NCBI RefSeq assembly: GCF_963921235.1
Contig: NC_086108.1
Span: forward strand, 107,076,001 to 107,140,000
From: Mobula hypostoma
Lineage: Eukaryota
DNA: 64,000 nucleotides
Direction: 5' to 3'
The notes under the pieces are model-generated. The model was given only the letters and a program-made list of their open reading frames with translations, made no database searches and was not told the DNA's origin. Each line of letters starts with the position of its first letter. The stretch's first letter is position 1. The translations under genes and the position numbers were made by a program. Shown here one piece after another: positions 11,851 through 24,317 of this stretch.

Positions 11851-13144
11851 TAGGGATGCTTAAGGATGGTTGCCACCTTATTGAGCCATTGCTTTTTGAT
11901 GGTGTCCTCGAAATGCCCTTATTAATCAAGCACCTACCAACCTGTGCTTTTAATATACCCATTGAGTTGGCCTCCTCTGCCCTCTGTGGCAATGAATGCC
12001 ACTGATTCACCAGCCTTTGGCTAAAAGAAATTCCTCCAGATCGCTGGTTTAAAAGTTTCCCCGCAATCTATTCTCTCTCACATGCCCATTAACTTCACCC
12101 GCTTACACTGAAGGGAATTTATGCCATCAGCTTAGAAACAGTGTGCTTGCCCGTCCTCTGCCCATTAGTGAAGATTTATTGGTCTCTGATCCTTTGAATA
12201 ACATCACGGCAATTCTAGCGCTCCACTAATAAAGAGGATTAAATATAGATCTTTGCCGTCTGCTTAAGTGCTGTTGGTATTGAATATAACAGCGCTAATA
12301 CGATTTAGCCATAACAATATGGTAATAAAGTTGTGCCCTAGATACTTTAAGAGCGTCTTACAAATGTACTAGGTTCAATCTGGCACATGATTACCTCGAG
12401 TGAGAATGTGCTATTAACGAGCTGCACCCAAATCCTGCCACGTCTTTGCAATTTTGAATCAGAATCAGAATCAGCTTCGCTATCACTGAAATATGTCATG
12501 AACTTTGAAGGCTTGTGGCAGCAGTACATTGCAATACATAATAATAAAAAGACTATACATTACAACAAGAAACATATATATATAATTAAGTAGCGCAAAA
12601 TGAGAGCAAATATAAATTGTGCAGTAGTATACATGGATTCACTGTCCATTCAGAAATCTGATGGTGGAGGGGAAGAAACTGGTCCTGAAGGTTGACCTGC
12701 AGGCTAGTGGAGGGAAGGAGTACCTTACACTTCCTTTGGTAGAGACTTATCTCCACCCCGCCACCCAGATATTTAATTTGGAATTTCATAATTAGTTAAA
12801 CACGGTTTAGAATGTCCTGAAGTCCAGAAGACAATTAGATGGATATCAGGTCCTTATTGGACCATTTGCTTGTTCCTCATTTCTCTTTCTGCAGTGTTTT
12901 GTGAATGAACTAGGCAGCTTCAGAATCAAAATTAGAATCAGAGTCGAATCCGGTTTGATATCACTGACATATGTCGCGAAATTTATTGTTTAGACTTGGA
13001 AGAACAATGCAATACATAACCATTTTTTAAAACTATAAATTAAGAAATATATTACAAAATATATTAAACAACTAATGACAAAAAGGGAGCAAAAATTAGT
13101 GAGGTAGTCCTCATAGGTTCATTGTGCATTTAGGGTCCATTCAG

Positions 13145-13558
13145 GAACTTGGCCTTTTCTCCTTGGAGCGACAGAGGATGAGAGGTGACCTGATAGAGGT
13201 GTATAAGATGATGAGAGGCACTGATCATGTGGATAGCCAGAGGCTTTTACCCTGGACTGAAATGGCTAACACCAGGGGACATAGTTGTAAGGTGCTTTGA
13301 AGTAGGTACAAGGGGGATGTCAGGGGTAAGTTTTTCACACAGAGAGTGGTGGGTGCATGGAATGCACTGCCAGTGACAGTGCTAGAGGCAAATACAATAG
13401 GGTCTTTTAAGAGATTGTTAAATAGGTACATGGAGCTTAGAGAAATAGAGGGATATGTGGTAGAGAAATTCTAGACAGTTTCTAGAGTAGGTTACATGGT
13501 CAGCACAACACTGTGGGCCGAAGGGCTGTAGATTTCTGTATTCTATGTTCTAAGTTCT
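13145..13558 (+). mobile_element. CR1 3' fragment
   Basis: Same subfamily sequence as 1-522. Confidence 0.9.
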
Positions 13559-14896
13559 ATTTAGAATTCTGATGGTAAAGAGGCTGAAGCTATTGCTGAA
13601 TTGTTGAGTGTGTGTCTTCAGGCTTCAGTGCCTCCTCTTTGATGGTAATAATGAAAAGAAGGCATTTCCTGGGTGAACGGGGCCCTTAATGTTGGATGCC
13701 ATCTTTTTAAGGCATCGTCTTTCGAAAGTACTTCACAGGGGTTATTATTCTTTGAAAAAAGTGAATGTTTTAAGATTTCAGGGAGCAAGGTGGAGCAATA
13801 GGCAGAAGCCAGGTTTGGCCTGACCTCCAGTGCTGTCTATGTGGAGGTTAAATGCTCGTCCTGTTACTGGGAGAGTTTCCTCTTGGTGGTCCATATTTTA
13901 CCACGTTCCTGACTGTAGTCAATTCCCTTCAGCTTATGGGCATGTGATAGAGGGAAAGATTGTGGGGAAGCTTTTAGAACAAAGAAGAGGAGGGTGGTGA
14001 ACCTTTGGGATTCATTGCCACAGGTGGCTGTAAAGGCCAAGTCACCGGGTATAGTTAAAGCAGAAACTGATAGGTTCTTGACTAGTCAGAGCATTGTAGG
14101 TTATGGGGAGAAGATAGGAGAATGGGGTTGAGAGGGAAAATAAATCAGAATCAGTATCAAGCTGAATATCACGGACATACAGTTGTACAGTGAAATAAAT
14201 AATAAGGAACTACAAATTACAATAAGAAATTATATGACGTTGAGTGCCAGGTTGTTGTGGCGATGCCACTCAACCGGCTGACCTGTCTCGCCCCTGTACA
14301 CCTCCACATCACCATCTGAAATGCTGCCAACAATTGTTGTGTCATAGTCAAATCTATAGAAAGGTGTTTCAGTTGTGCTTGGCAACACAGCTGTGGGCAT
14401 GAGAGCTAGAGCAGTTGGTTAAGCACACATCCTTGAGGTGCGCCAGTGTTGATTGTTAGCGAGAAGATGTTATATCTAACCTGTGCTGACTGTGGCCTCC
14501 TGATGAGGAAGTCATGTATCTATTTGCATGGGAAGCTATAGGGGTCATGATCAGCAGATCCGATCTCTTTTAGTCTTATGGAAATTAGTGAAGGAATAGG
14601 ATGCCTCTGAGAGCCCGCAGGGTTTTGATGGGCCAAATGGCCTCCAATTACCCTGCTTAGGAAAGGCTTCAGTAGGACTGATGTTGAGATAGTTCTACAA
14701 ATGTAAGAGAGTAGAAATGTAGACAGTGTGAGTTTCTGCTGGAGCATCCACCCATGTTCCAAAGGTTGCTGCTAATTTAATTGATCACTACAAATTAACT
14801 TATAAAAATTAGAATCAGATTTATTATCACTGACTTACAGAGTATGAAATGTGCTGTTTTGCAGAAGCAGTTCAGCAAAAGGTCCTAAAGCTGATA

Positions 14897-15180
14897 TTTA
14901 TTTATTCATTTTATTTAGAGATCAGGCCCTTCTGGCCCATTGAGCCGCACCACCCAGCAACCTAACTATTTAACACTAACTTATCAGAGGACAATTTACA
15001 ATGACCAATTAATCTACTAACTGGTACATCTTTGGACAGTGGGAGGAAACCAGAGCACCCGGAGGAAACCATGTGATTCTCGGGGAGAACGTACAAACTC
15101 CTTACAGACGGCGCCGGAATTGAACCCCAAAATCTGACGCCATGAGCTCTAAAAGCATTGCGCTAACCACTACGCTACCC
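14897..15180 (-). mobile_element. tRNA-derived V-domain (HE1-like) SINE
   Basis: Minus-strand head GGTAGCGTAGTGGTTAGC...GGTTCAATTCC, then V-domain GTTTGTACGTTCTCCCCG..GGTTTCCTCCGGGTGCTCTGGTTTCCTCCCAC; related copies at 16306-16566, 25050-25310, 33510-33760, 53920-54165, 63490-63680. Confidence 0.75.
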
Positions 15181-15289
15181 AGATTTTATAAATGTTGTTG
15201 TAAACTACAAAGATATATAAATTTCATCAGCTTTTCCCTGCCCAGAATCTAATTGAGCATATTTCCATGACCAGCCAGGCAGGGGCTTG

Positions 15290-15915
15290 CACTGAGGAGT
15301 GCAGAAGAACAAAGGGATCTGAGAATACAGATCAGTCTTTCCTTGAATGTGACATCACTGGTAGATAGAGTCATAAAGAAAGCTTTTGGCATGTTGGCCT
15401 TTATAAATCAATGTACTGAGAACAGGAGACGGGATGTTATGTTGAAGTTGTATATTTTGAGTATTGTGTGCAGTTTTGATCACCTACCTACAAGAAAGAT
15501 GAAAATAAGATTGAAAAAGTGCCAAGAAAATTTACAGGGATGGTGCTGGGTCTTGAGGACCTGAGTTATAGCGGAAGGTTGAACAGGTTAGGCCTTTATT
15601 CCCATGAATGTAGAAGATTGAGGGGTGAATTGATGAAGGTGTACAAAATTATGAGGAGGGTAGATAAATACAAGCAGGTTTTTTTCTAGTAAGGCTGGGA
15701 GTAAACTGTAATTAGAAGTCATGGGTTAAGAGGGAAGGGTGAAATGTTTAAGGAGAACATTCAGAGTGTGGTGAGGGTGTGGCATGAGTTTAAGAGAAAC
15801 TTAGATAGGCAGGTGGAGGGGAGGGAAATGGAGGGCTGTGGTCTGGGTGCAGGTCAATGGATTGGCACAGGTAAGATGGGCTGAAAGGCCTGCTTCTGTC
15901 CTGTGGTGTCCTATG
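15290..15915 (+). mobile_element. CR1 3' fragment, decayed
   Basis: VDRVIKKAFGMLAFINQ motif. Confidence 0.8.
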
Positions 15916-16679
15916 AATCTACTCTAATTGTTCTGTACCCCCTCTCAACTATCTGCACACTACCGAGCTTCAATCCATCCGTTATCTAGAGGCTACCAAT
16001 GGGCCTGTTTCTGTACTGTGTGACTCTGGCCACAGCACATCTACATTATTAATGTATCTCACCATCAGTGAGGCATCTGGCACCAATCCCTTTGGCACTC
16101 TTCTATCTACACTTCTTGTTGCCTCGTGATAGCAGCCAATATAATTGAAGACCCCTCTCACTCCTACACCTCCTCCCATCCGGCAGAAGATTTGAAAGCC
16201 TGAAAGCGCATACCACCAGCATTAAGCACAGCTTCTATCCCACTGTTATCGGACTATTAAGTGACTCCCTAGTATGATAAAATGGATCCCTGAACATGCT
16301 AATTTGGTTAGCGTGACATTATCACCGCTTGGGGTGTCGGAGTTTAGAGCTCTGTTCCAGCATCCTCTGTAAAAAAGTCTGTACGTTCTTTTCGTGACCA
16401 TATGGGTTTCTTCTGGGTGACCTGGTTTCCTCCCACAGTCTAAAGATGTACCAGTTAGTAGGTTAATTGGTCACTGTAAATTGTCCGGTGATTAGGCTAG
16501 GATTGAATAGTTTGGTTGCTGGGTGGCGGAAGAGCCAGAAGAGCCTGTTCCACATTACATCGTTAAATCAAAGTTCAAAGTTCAAAGCAAATTTTATTGT
16601 CAAATTACATATATGTCACCATATACAACACTGAGATTCTTTTGTTGTAGGCATACTCAGCAAATCTATAGAATAGTAG

Positions 16680-17562
16680 TGTCACGATCCTGACCGTTAA
16701 TTCCTTTTACTATCCTAATTCCTTTTCCCCGTGTTCCCCTGGGCTCCTTGATTGCAACAGCTGATTCTCTTCTCAACCTGCTGCATAAAAACCCCGGCTT
16801 TGCATCCACTCGTTTCCAGACCGTTGCGGTAATTCACGTTCCCAGCTGCTTAGAATGGTGTATTCTAAATTTACTTCAGTACCGAGGTTTGCCTGTGAAA
16901 CTCTGTCTCTCCATGTCAAGATAAATATTCTAAGTTATATTTCAGTACCGAGGTTTGCCTGTGAAACTCTGTCTCTCCATGTCAAGATAAATATTCTAAG
17001 TTATATTTCAGTACCGAGGTTTACCTGTGAAACTCTGTCTCTCCATGTCAAGATAAGTATTCTAAGTTTATTTCAGTACTGAGGTTTACCTGTGTAACTC
17101 CATCTCTCCGTGTGAAGAAAAGTATTGTCTGCCGTTTGCCTTTGTACGCTCCCTGTCAAGATAAGTTTTGCTCCTGCCGCCTGTCTCCTGTTTGCCGTTC
17201 GGCACCAGCAATGCCCTGTGTCACGAAAAGTTTTGCCTGCCTCCTGCTCCACCGTTCACCCGTGCTGTTTGCCTATAGGAGCATTGCATGCTGCCCATCT
17301 TCCCGTTCATCCTTCCGCCCGCTGTTCTCCTCCAGCCACGCTCGCACCCTGGTCAGCATCCCTGCTCTGCCTCATTCCGCCACCCACCTACACTCTCTGT
17401 TGGCTCTGTAGTTCCCACTGTAGCAACCTGGGTTCGATCCCCAGCTTTCCTCTGCCTAATCCTCACTCTCCGGCCTTCCCTGTAACCGCTAATAAACACC
17501 TCAGATTACTCTACCTCCGTGTCTGTGTCCTGCGTTTGGGTTCGCCCCGTTCCATTGCAACA
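16680..17562 (+). mobile_element. Solo LTR (Gypsy-like)
   Basis: TGTCAC...GCAACA termini; exact 5 bp TSD AGTAG; CATAAAA TATA-like box near 16784; AATAAA at 17491. Confidence 0.85.
16860..17125. repeat. 66 bp tandem repeat (about 4 copies) inside the LTR
   Basis: CAGTAC recurs at 16877, 16943, 17009 and 17074 with near-identical units. Confidence 0.9.
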
Positions 17563-18372
17563 AGTAGCTATAACAGGATCAAGGAAAGATCATCCAGAGT
17601 GCAGGAGACAACAAACTGTGCAAATGCAGGTATAAATAAATAGCAATAAATAACAGGAACATGAGATAACGAGATAAAGAGTTCTTAAAATGAGATCATT
17701 GGTTGTGAGAACATTTCAACGATGGGGCAGGTGAGTGCAGTTTCCACTTTTATTCAAAAGCATGATGGCTGAGGGGTAGTAGCTGTTCTTGAATCTGGTA
17801 CGAGTCCTGAATCTCTTCTACCTTCTACCTGATAAATAAAGCAATCTACCTTTTGTGACCTTCCACCTTATTCTCTGCCTGCACTACACTTCCTCTGTAG
17901 CTGTAGCACTTTGTTCTGCATTTTGTGACTGCTTTTCCCTCGTACGAACTCAATGCACTGATGTGATGAAATGACCAGTATGGATGGCAAGCAAAACAAA
18001 GTTCTTCACTGCACCTCGGTACATCTAACAATAGTAAACTACATTAGCAATTTATCAAATTTACCAATTTGCACCACAGGTCATTACCTTCCAGTCTCAA
18101 AAATTACTCTCTTCTTCCTATCACCAAGCCAATTTTAGATCAAGTTGGCCAATTTGCTATGGATCCCCTGGGCTCTTACCTTTTGAACCAGAAATTTGTC
18201 AAAAGCCTCATTGATATCCATGCGAGACTACATCAATACTCCCCTCATCAATTTAATCAACTCCTAAAGGATTAGCTTCTGTGTGTTTATTTCTCTCTCT
18301 TTCTTGTATGCTCTGTAATGTTTTTCCCTATTCCAATCGATGGCTATTTTCCTACAGCCTGTTACTGACATA

Positions 18373-18912
18373 CAGTACTGTGCAAAAGTCTTTGGCACAT
18401 ACATATAGCTAGGGTGCCTAAGAATTTTGCACGGTACTGCATTTGTCGATGTATAGTGGACAGCGAGTTTGTAAATCTGGTGGGAATGAAGGATGTTGGG
18501 AATGGTGAGGGTGGAGTGCGACGGGTGGGGTGTGGGACAGGTAGCAGAGAGGGAGTGTTGGGGTGAGCAGTGGTGCGGGTGCAGTCACACGCTTCCCTGA
18601 GACACCAGGTAAGCTCAATTGATTCTAAATAATTGGTTTATTGATCATTACAGATTGGCTCACTGGTGCTTCCCACTCCCTCCCCTCTCCCTTCTCTTTT
18701 CCCTCACCACAATCCCCCTCCCCCTGCCCCCTTCTTACCCTCAGTCCACAGTGGAGACTCATATCAAAATCACGTTTATCATCACTCACATGTATAATGG
18801 ATTTTTTGCGGCAGCAGTACAGTGCAATACATAAAATTTCTGTAGTGCTGTGGACTTCTGGTCTTAGGGACCCTAGCTATATATACGTGCCTAAGACTTT
18901 GGTCCAGTACTG
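18373..18912. mobile_element. Composite Tc1/mariner-type MITE: two terminal mini-hairpins plus cargo
   Basis: TA flanks; CAGTACTGTGCAAAAGTC TIR hairpins at 18373-18439 and 18843-18912; reverse copy at 40259-40785. Confidence 0.75.
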
Positions 18913-18941
18913 TAATCCAAGTTCTGTTCTGAATGACTTTC

Positions 18942-19551
18942 CACTCAGTGGCCACTTTATTAGGTACAGGAAAGGAACCCTTCTGTGCTGTTTCCCATTC
19001 ACTTCAAGATTCGACATACTTTGTGTTCAGAGATTCTATTCTACACACCATTAATATAATGCACGGCTATTTGAGTTACTGTCACTTTCTTGTCAGCTTG
19101 AACCAGTCTGGCCTCTGGCCTCTCTCAATGACAAGGTGTGTTTGCAGGCAAAATTGCTGCTTACTGGATGTTTTTATTTTGCTTCGCTCAATATTCCCTG
19201 TAAAGACTACATTAAGGGTTCCCAACCTGGGGTCCATGGACTCCTTGCTTAATGGTATTGGTTCATGGCATAAAAAAGATTGGGAACCACTGCTCTAAAG
19301 AGAGTTGTGGGTGAAATTCCCAAACGATCAGCCATTTTTGAGCTACTCAAACTACACCGTCTGACACCAACAATCATTCATGGCCAAAGTCACTAAGATC
19401 ACATTTCTTCCCCATTTAATGTTTGGTCCGAACAACAACTGAACCTCTTGTCCATGTCAGCATGCTCTTATGCATTGAGTTGCCGCCCCATGATTGACTA
19501 ATTAGATATTTGCAGGTGTACAGGTATACCTAATAAAGGGGTCACTGAGTG
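18942..19551 (-). mobile_element. Non-autonomous Tc1/mariner derivative
   Basis: TIRs CACTCAGTGGCCACTTTATTAGGTAC / TACCTAATAAAGGGGTCACTGAGTG; transposase N-terminal remnant on the minus strand. Confidence 0.8.
19214..19292. mobile_element. hAT (Charlie-like) MITE nested in the Tc1 derivative
   Basis: GGGTTCCCAACC...TTGGGAACCACTG inverted termini, followed by CTCTAAAG (TCTAGA-like target). Confidence 0.65.
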
Positions 19552-19557
19552 CACATC

Positions 19558-20314
19558 AATGCAGGGTAAATGGTAAGGCACTGAGGAGTGCAGTAGAACA
19601 GAGAGATCTGGGAATACAGATACAAAATTCCATAAAAGTGGCGTCACAGGTAGATAGGGTCGTAAAGAGAGCTTTTGGTACATTGGCCTTTATTAATCAA
19701 GGTATTGAGTATAAGAGCTGGAATGTTATGGTGAGATTGTATAAGTCATTGGTGAGGCCGAATCTGGAGTATTGTGTTCAGTTTTGGTCACCACATTACA
19801 GGAAGGATATCAATAAGGTTGAAAGAGTGCAGAGAAGGTTTACAAGGATGTTGCCTGGACTTGAGAAACTCAGTTACAGAGAAAGATTGAATAGGTTAGG
19901 ACTTTATTCCCTGGAGCATAGAAGAATGAGGGGAGATTTGATAGAGGTATATAAAATTATGATGGGTATAGATAGAGTGAATGCAAGCAGGCTTTTTCCA
20001 CTGAGGCAAGGGGAGAAAAAAACCAGAGGACATGGGTTAAGGGTGAGGGGGGAAAAATTTAAAGGGAACATTAAGGGGTCTTCTTCACACAGAGAGTGGT
20101 GGGAGTGTGGAATGAGCTGCCAGACGAGGTGGTAAATGCGGGTTCTTTTTTAACATTTAAGGATAAATTGGACAGATACATGGATGGGAGGTGCATGGAG
20201 GAATATGGTCCGTGTGCAGGTCAGTGGGACTAGGCAGAAAATGGTTCGGCACAGCCAAGAAGGGCCAAAAGTCCTGTTTCTATGCTGTAGTTTTTCTATG
20301 GTTTCTATGGTTTT
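19558..20314 (+). mobile_element. Relatively young CR1 3' fragment
   Basis: ORF 19638-20135 LYKSLVRPNLEYCVQFWSPHYRKDI..ERVQRRFTRMLPG; (TTTCTATGG)n tail. Confidence 0.92.
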
Positions 20315-20351
20315 TAATAGTGACCTTCTCTACTTAATCACCTCCTAGAGA

Positions 20352-20912
20352 ATTATTTTGGGCCCCTATTCTTAGAAAAGATATGCTAGCTTTGGAGAGG
20401 GTCCAGGGGAAGTTCACAAGGATGATTCCAGGAATGAAAGGGTTATCATACGAGGAATGTTCGATGGATCTGGGTCTGTACTTGTTGGAATTCAGAAGTA
20501 TGAGAGGGGATCACATTGAAACCTTTCGAATGTTGAAAGGCCTAAACAGAGTAGATATGGAAAGGATGTTTCCCATGGTGGGAGAGTCTAGGACAAGAGG
20601 GTACAGCCACAGGATCGAGGGGTGCCCTTTTAAAACAGAGATGTGGAGAAATTTCTTTAGTCAAAGGGTGGTGAATTTTTGGAATTTGTTGCCACGTGTA
20701 GCTGTGGAGGCCAGGTCATTGGGTGTATTTAAGGCAGAGATTGATAGGTTCTTGATTGGACATGGCATCAAAGGTTACTTGGAGAAGACCGGGATCAGGG
20801 GTTGAGGAAGAGAAAAAAAAGGATCAGTCATGATTGAATGGCGGAGCAGACTCAATGGGCCAGATGGCCTAATTCTGCTCCTATGCTTCAATGTCTTATG
20901 ATATTATGGTCT
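20352..20912 (+). mobile_element. CR1 3' fragment
   Basis: ORF 20383-20805 with ERVQGKFTRMIPG...FFSQRVVNFWN. Confidence 0.9.
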
Positions 20913-21679
20913 TATTTCTTCTGTGTTTATTTTTCTCTCTTTCTTTTATTCTCTATTTATTATGTGTCCTTCTCTTTCTTGTTGATTATTTTCCCACAGC
21001 CTGTTACTGACATTGTCCAGGTTCTTCCCCTGGTGACTATATATGTCTCTTTTTCTCTCAGGAAATGTGCAAAATATATTCACTCCATGATCCAGAATTA
21101 ACAGAGCTGAGTGCGTGCCATTAATAAGTAACCACCTATACGTTAATGCAGCTGGAGCCAAAGGATAATTACAGGATTTAGAAAATGTGGTGAGATGAAA
21201 GACATTAAATCGTGGATTTATACAAAAAAAACTCTGGGGATGTGCCTGCATATCTTCCCACCCTGTTCCATCGCTACACACACCACCGCAGCTCAGTCAA
21301 AAAAGAGTGCAAAGGCATTGAATTAGGAAAGAGCTGATAGACTTGCAGGTTGAAATAAGGAATTTGTTATTCGTTTGTCCTTGGGCAACACTACAGGAGA
21401 TTAATTAGTCACGTCAGATTTACAAATATTTCTAAATCCAGAGGAGTTGGCATTTTTTTCTGAGGTGTGTCTGTGACCAGAGGACACAGATTAACGATAA
21501 TTGGCAAACTAGCAGTGGGAGAAATGTGGTGTTTTTTTCCCAGCCCATTCATTGAGCAGCCATTGCAGGGATGAATTGTCTGAGGGATTGGATTTAATAG
21601 GATAGTTCAAAAGGGATTTCAGCTAAAAATGAACTAGAACCACTTGCAGAACTTTGGGGAGAGACTGGAGTAAGACTGG

Positions 21680-22212
21680 AAGACCATAAGATATAGGATC
21701 AGAATTAGGCCATTTGGCCCATCGAGTCTGCTCCACCATTTCATTATGGCTGATCCATTTTCCCTCTCGGCCCCAGTCCTCTGCCTTTACCCAGTATCCT
21801 TTCATGCTCTGACTAATCAAGAATCTATTAACTTCTGCCTTAAATATACCAATAATTTGGCATCCACAGCCACCTTAGGCAATAAATTTCACAGATTCAG
21901 CACCCTCTAGCGAAAGAAATTCCTCCTCATCTCTGTTATAAAAAGTTGCTCTTTATTCTGAAGCTGTGTCCTCTGGTCTTGGACTTCCTTCCTACAGGAC
22001 ACATTCCCTCCACATTCAGTCTATCGAGCCTTTCACCATTTGACAGGTTTCAATGAGGTCACCCCTCATTCTTCTGAATTCCAGTGAGTAAAGGCCCAGA
22101 GCCATCAAACACTCTTCATTTGAAAAGTCTTTCAATCCGGGAATTATTTTTGTGAACCTCCTTTGCACCCTTTCCAGTATCAGCACATCCTTTCTTAGAT
22201 AAGGGGCCCAAA
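21680..22212 (-). mobile_element. CR1 3' fragment (resumes near 22993)
   Basis: AAGACCATAAGATATAGG tail in reverse; C-terminal motifs on the minus strand. Confidence 0.85.
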
Positions 22213-22992
22213 GTAATGGCGCCTAACGGCGACACCTTTGCTTGCATCTTCGGAAACAGCTCTATTTCTATCTTTAATATCTCTATTTTTCCCTTTCAGG
22301 GTTCTTTTGAAGACCCTGACCTGGGGTTACACGCTGACTTCGGTTCTTTGTGGGAATGGGAGCAGCTCTTAGACTGGCCATTATTCGACATGCCAAGCAT
22401 GCGGCCTAAGAGCTTAGTTCACCTTCGGAGGTCCGAGATCTCGTGGCTCTAGAAACGGGTGGATCGAAGGTCGGTGGCTCGGCAGGAGATAGGTGTGTCG
22501 TGGGAGTCGGAAGATCTATGGCTGTGTGCCCAGCGACCTGAGATCTATGAGCGCAGAGCTCGAAAGAAGTGACACAACAGACTTTTAACATCATAAACCA
22601 ATGAGCTGTTTGTTATGTCTCCCCTCTTGCTGTGAAACGGAGACATCTCTTTCTCCCTTATTAGGGAGAGAGAGAGTCTGTGGTATGTCGAACGCTGGGT
22701 GAACGAATAGTCTTTGGGGTACTGCAAGCCTGTGTCTTTGCTGCACACTTGAGTGCTTGGTGGTGGGTGCCGATCCATTTTTGCTGGTGGGGGGAGAGGG
22801 GATCGTTGCTTGCTGCCGCTTACACACGGGAGGGAGGGGAGCTTGGGGAGGGGCTTTGGGGTTCTAACATTCAACTGTCATTCATTCTTTGGGGGCACTC
22901 ATCTGTTTTTGTGGATGGTTGCGCAGAAAATGCATTTCAGGATGTATATTGTATACATTTCTCTGACATTAAATGTACCTTTGACATCTTTG
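22213..22992 (+). mobile_element. Non-autonomous retroposon with LINE-type 3' tail, inserted in CR1
   Basis: Splits host GGGGCCCAAA|AACTGCTCACAATAC; ends TGACATTAAATGTACCTTTG; related 3' pieces at 57340-57550 (+), 10270-10520, 39060-39330 and 53430-53720 (-). Confidence 0.6.
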
Positions 22993-23424
22993 AAACTGCT
23001 CACAATACAGGACAGAAGTGGGGAAAGAGTGAAGAATCAGCTAAAATTGAACCAGAAGTGTATGCAGAACTGTGGGGGAGAGACAGGAGTAAGGACAGAT
23101 ATGGGGAAAGAATGGGGCTAATAGGTTGACTCTGTCAAAGGGCTAGCACAGATATATATGATGGGACAAGTGACCACATTTATTCTATTTACAGTAATTC
23201 TATAGTGCCCTGTTAGAGGCAGGCTGGTGTATACAACCTCAAGGGTCTCCGAGGTAAAGCATACAGTTCAAAGTAAATTTATGTCAACATATACTAACTT
23301 GGGAATCATATTCTCGCCGGCATTCACAAACAAATAAATACAATATAAACAAAGAAGTACAATATAATCAACATAACCATTTCACACAAAGGCTGTCAAA
23401 AAACACGGTACAAATGAAGACAAA

Positions 23425-23558
23425 CAAGAGAAAATCTGCAGATGCTGGAAATCTGAGCAACACACACAAAATGCTGGAGGAACTCAGCAGGCCAGGCAAC
23501 ATCTATAGAAAAAAGTACAGTCGATGTTTTGGGCCAAAACTCTTTGGCGGGTCTTATG
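23425..23558 (-). mobile_element. Penelope-derived terminal fragment
   Basis: 12 bp TSD AATGAAGACAAA; TCTGCAGATGCTGGAAAT...GGAGGAACTCAGCAGGCCAGG signature. Confidence 0.8.
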
Positions 23559-23759
23559 AATGAAGACAAATAGTGCAAAAAATAAGTAAACAAGTATACT
23601 GAGAACAAATTGTTACTGAGGATAAACAGAGAGCAAATGTTTCTAGCTTTCCGAGTAACAGGAATAAGAATTACTTATCCTCTGAGGGAAAGGTGTGGAA
23701 GCAGCTTTTAAATATTCTTTTATATATTTACTTTCCTAATCATGGGGGGTGGGGGCCTG

Positions 23760-24180
23760 ATGGTTGTCTGTCATATTTAACAAGCACCTGAGACCTGAGC
23801 AGGAGAGTTTTTAAAGTGGAAAAGCCATTCAACTGGGGCAGTTCCACTCTCTTGACCTCAGAAGTCCAGGTCCAGTGAGATGGGTTATCATCACAGCTGC
23901 GTCTTCCTTGGTTGCAGTAGATGACTGTGACTTCCTTTGTGCCTTGTCATGTGTTTCTCTCTCCGTGAAGCGTCGAGGAACCACCTTTCTGGCCGTTGGA
24001 ACTCACTGTAGATCACATCCGCCCAGTCTGCCACAACTTACTTCACATGCTAGGAAAGGCATGTCCACATTTCACCAGGGCATGGGGCCTTACTGGGGTG
24101 TGGGCACTGTTGCATGCAACAGTTACTTGGGGCTACAGGTGAGAGCTGAGTGCCCAGTGGGGACCAAAGGTGAGTGAGGT
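23760..24180 (-). mobile_element. RTE-like retroposon fragment
   Basis: Colinear with 53130-53340; family assignment tentative. Confidence 0.5.
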
Positions 24181-24317
24181 GAGCCGGAATGGACACAACA
24201 AGCCTCCTGATCAGAGGTGTTACCCTTCCCTGGACACCCCATACACCTCGATGAAGGATATAGACAGAGTGAATGCACACAGACAGATGCACACCAGGGA
24301 AAGGGAATCAAAAACTC

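Noticed and set aside
12865..12930. Acceptor followed by an EGF-like peptide CFVNELGSFR
   Set aside because: It runs straight into a (CAGAAT)n LINE tail with no donor and no further cysteines
16860..17125. CRISPR-like array or repeat-protein ORF
   Set aside because: Units are directly tandem with no unique spacers, lie inside an LTR, and there are no cas genes
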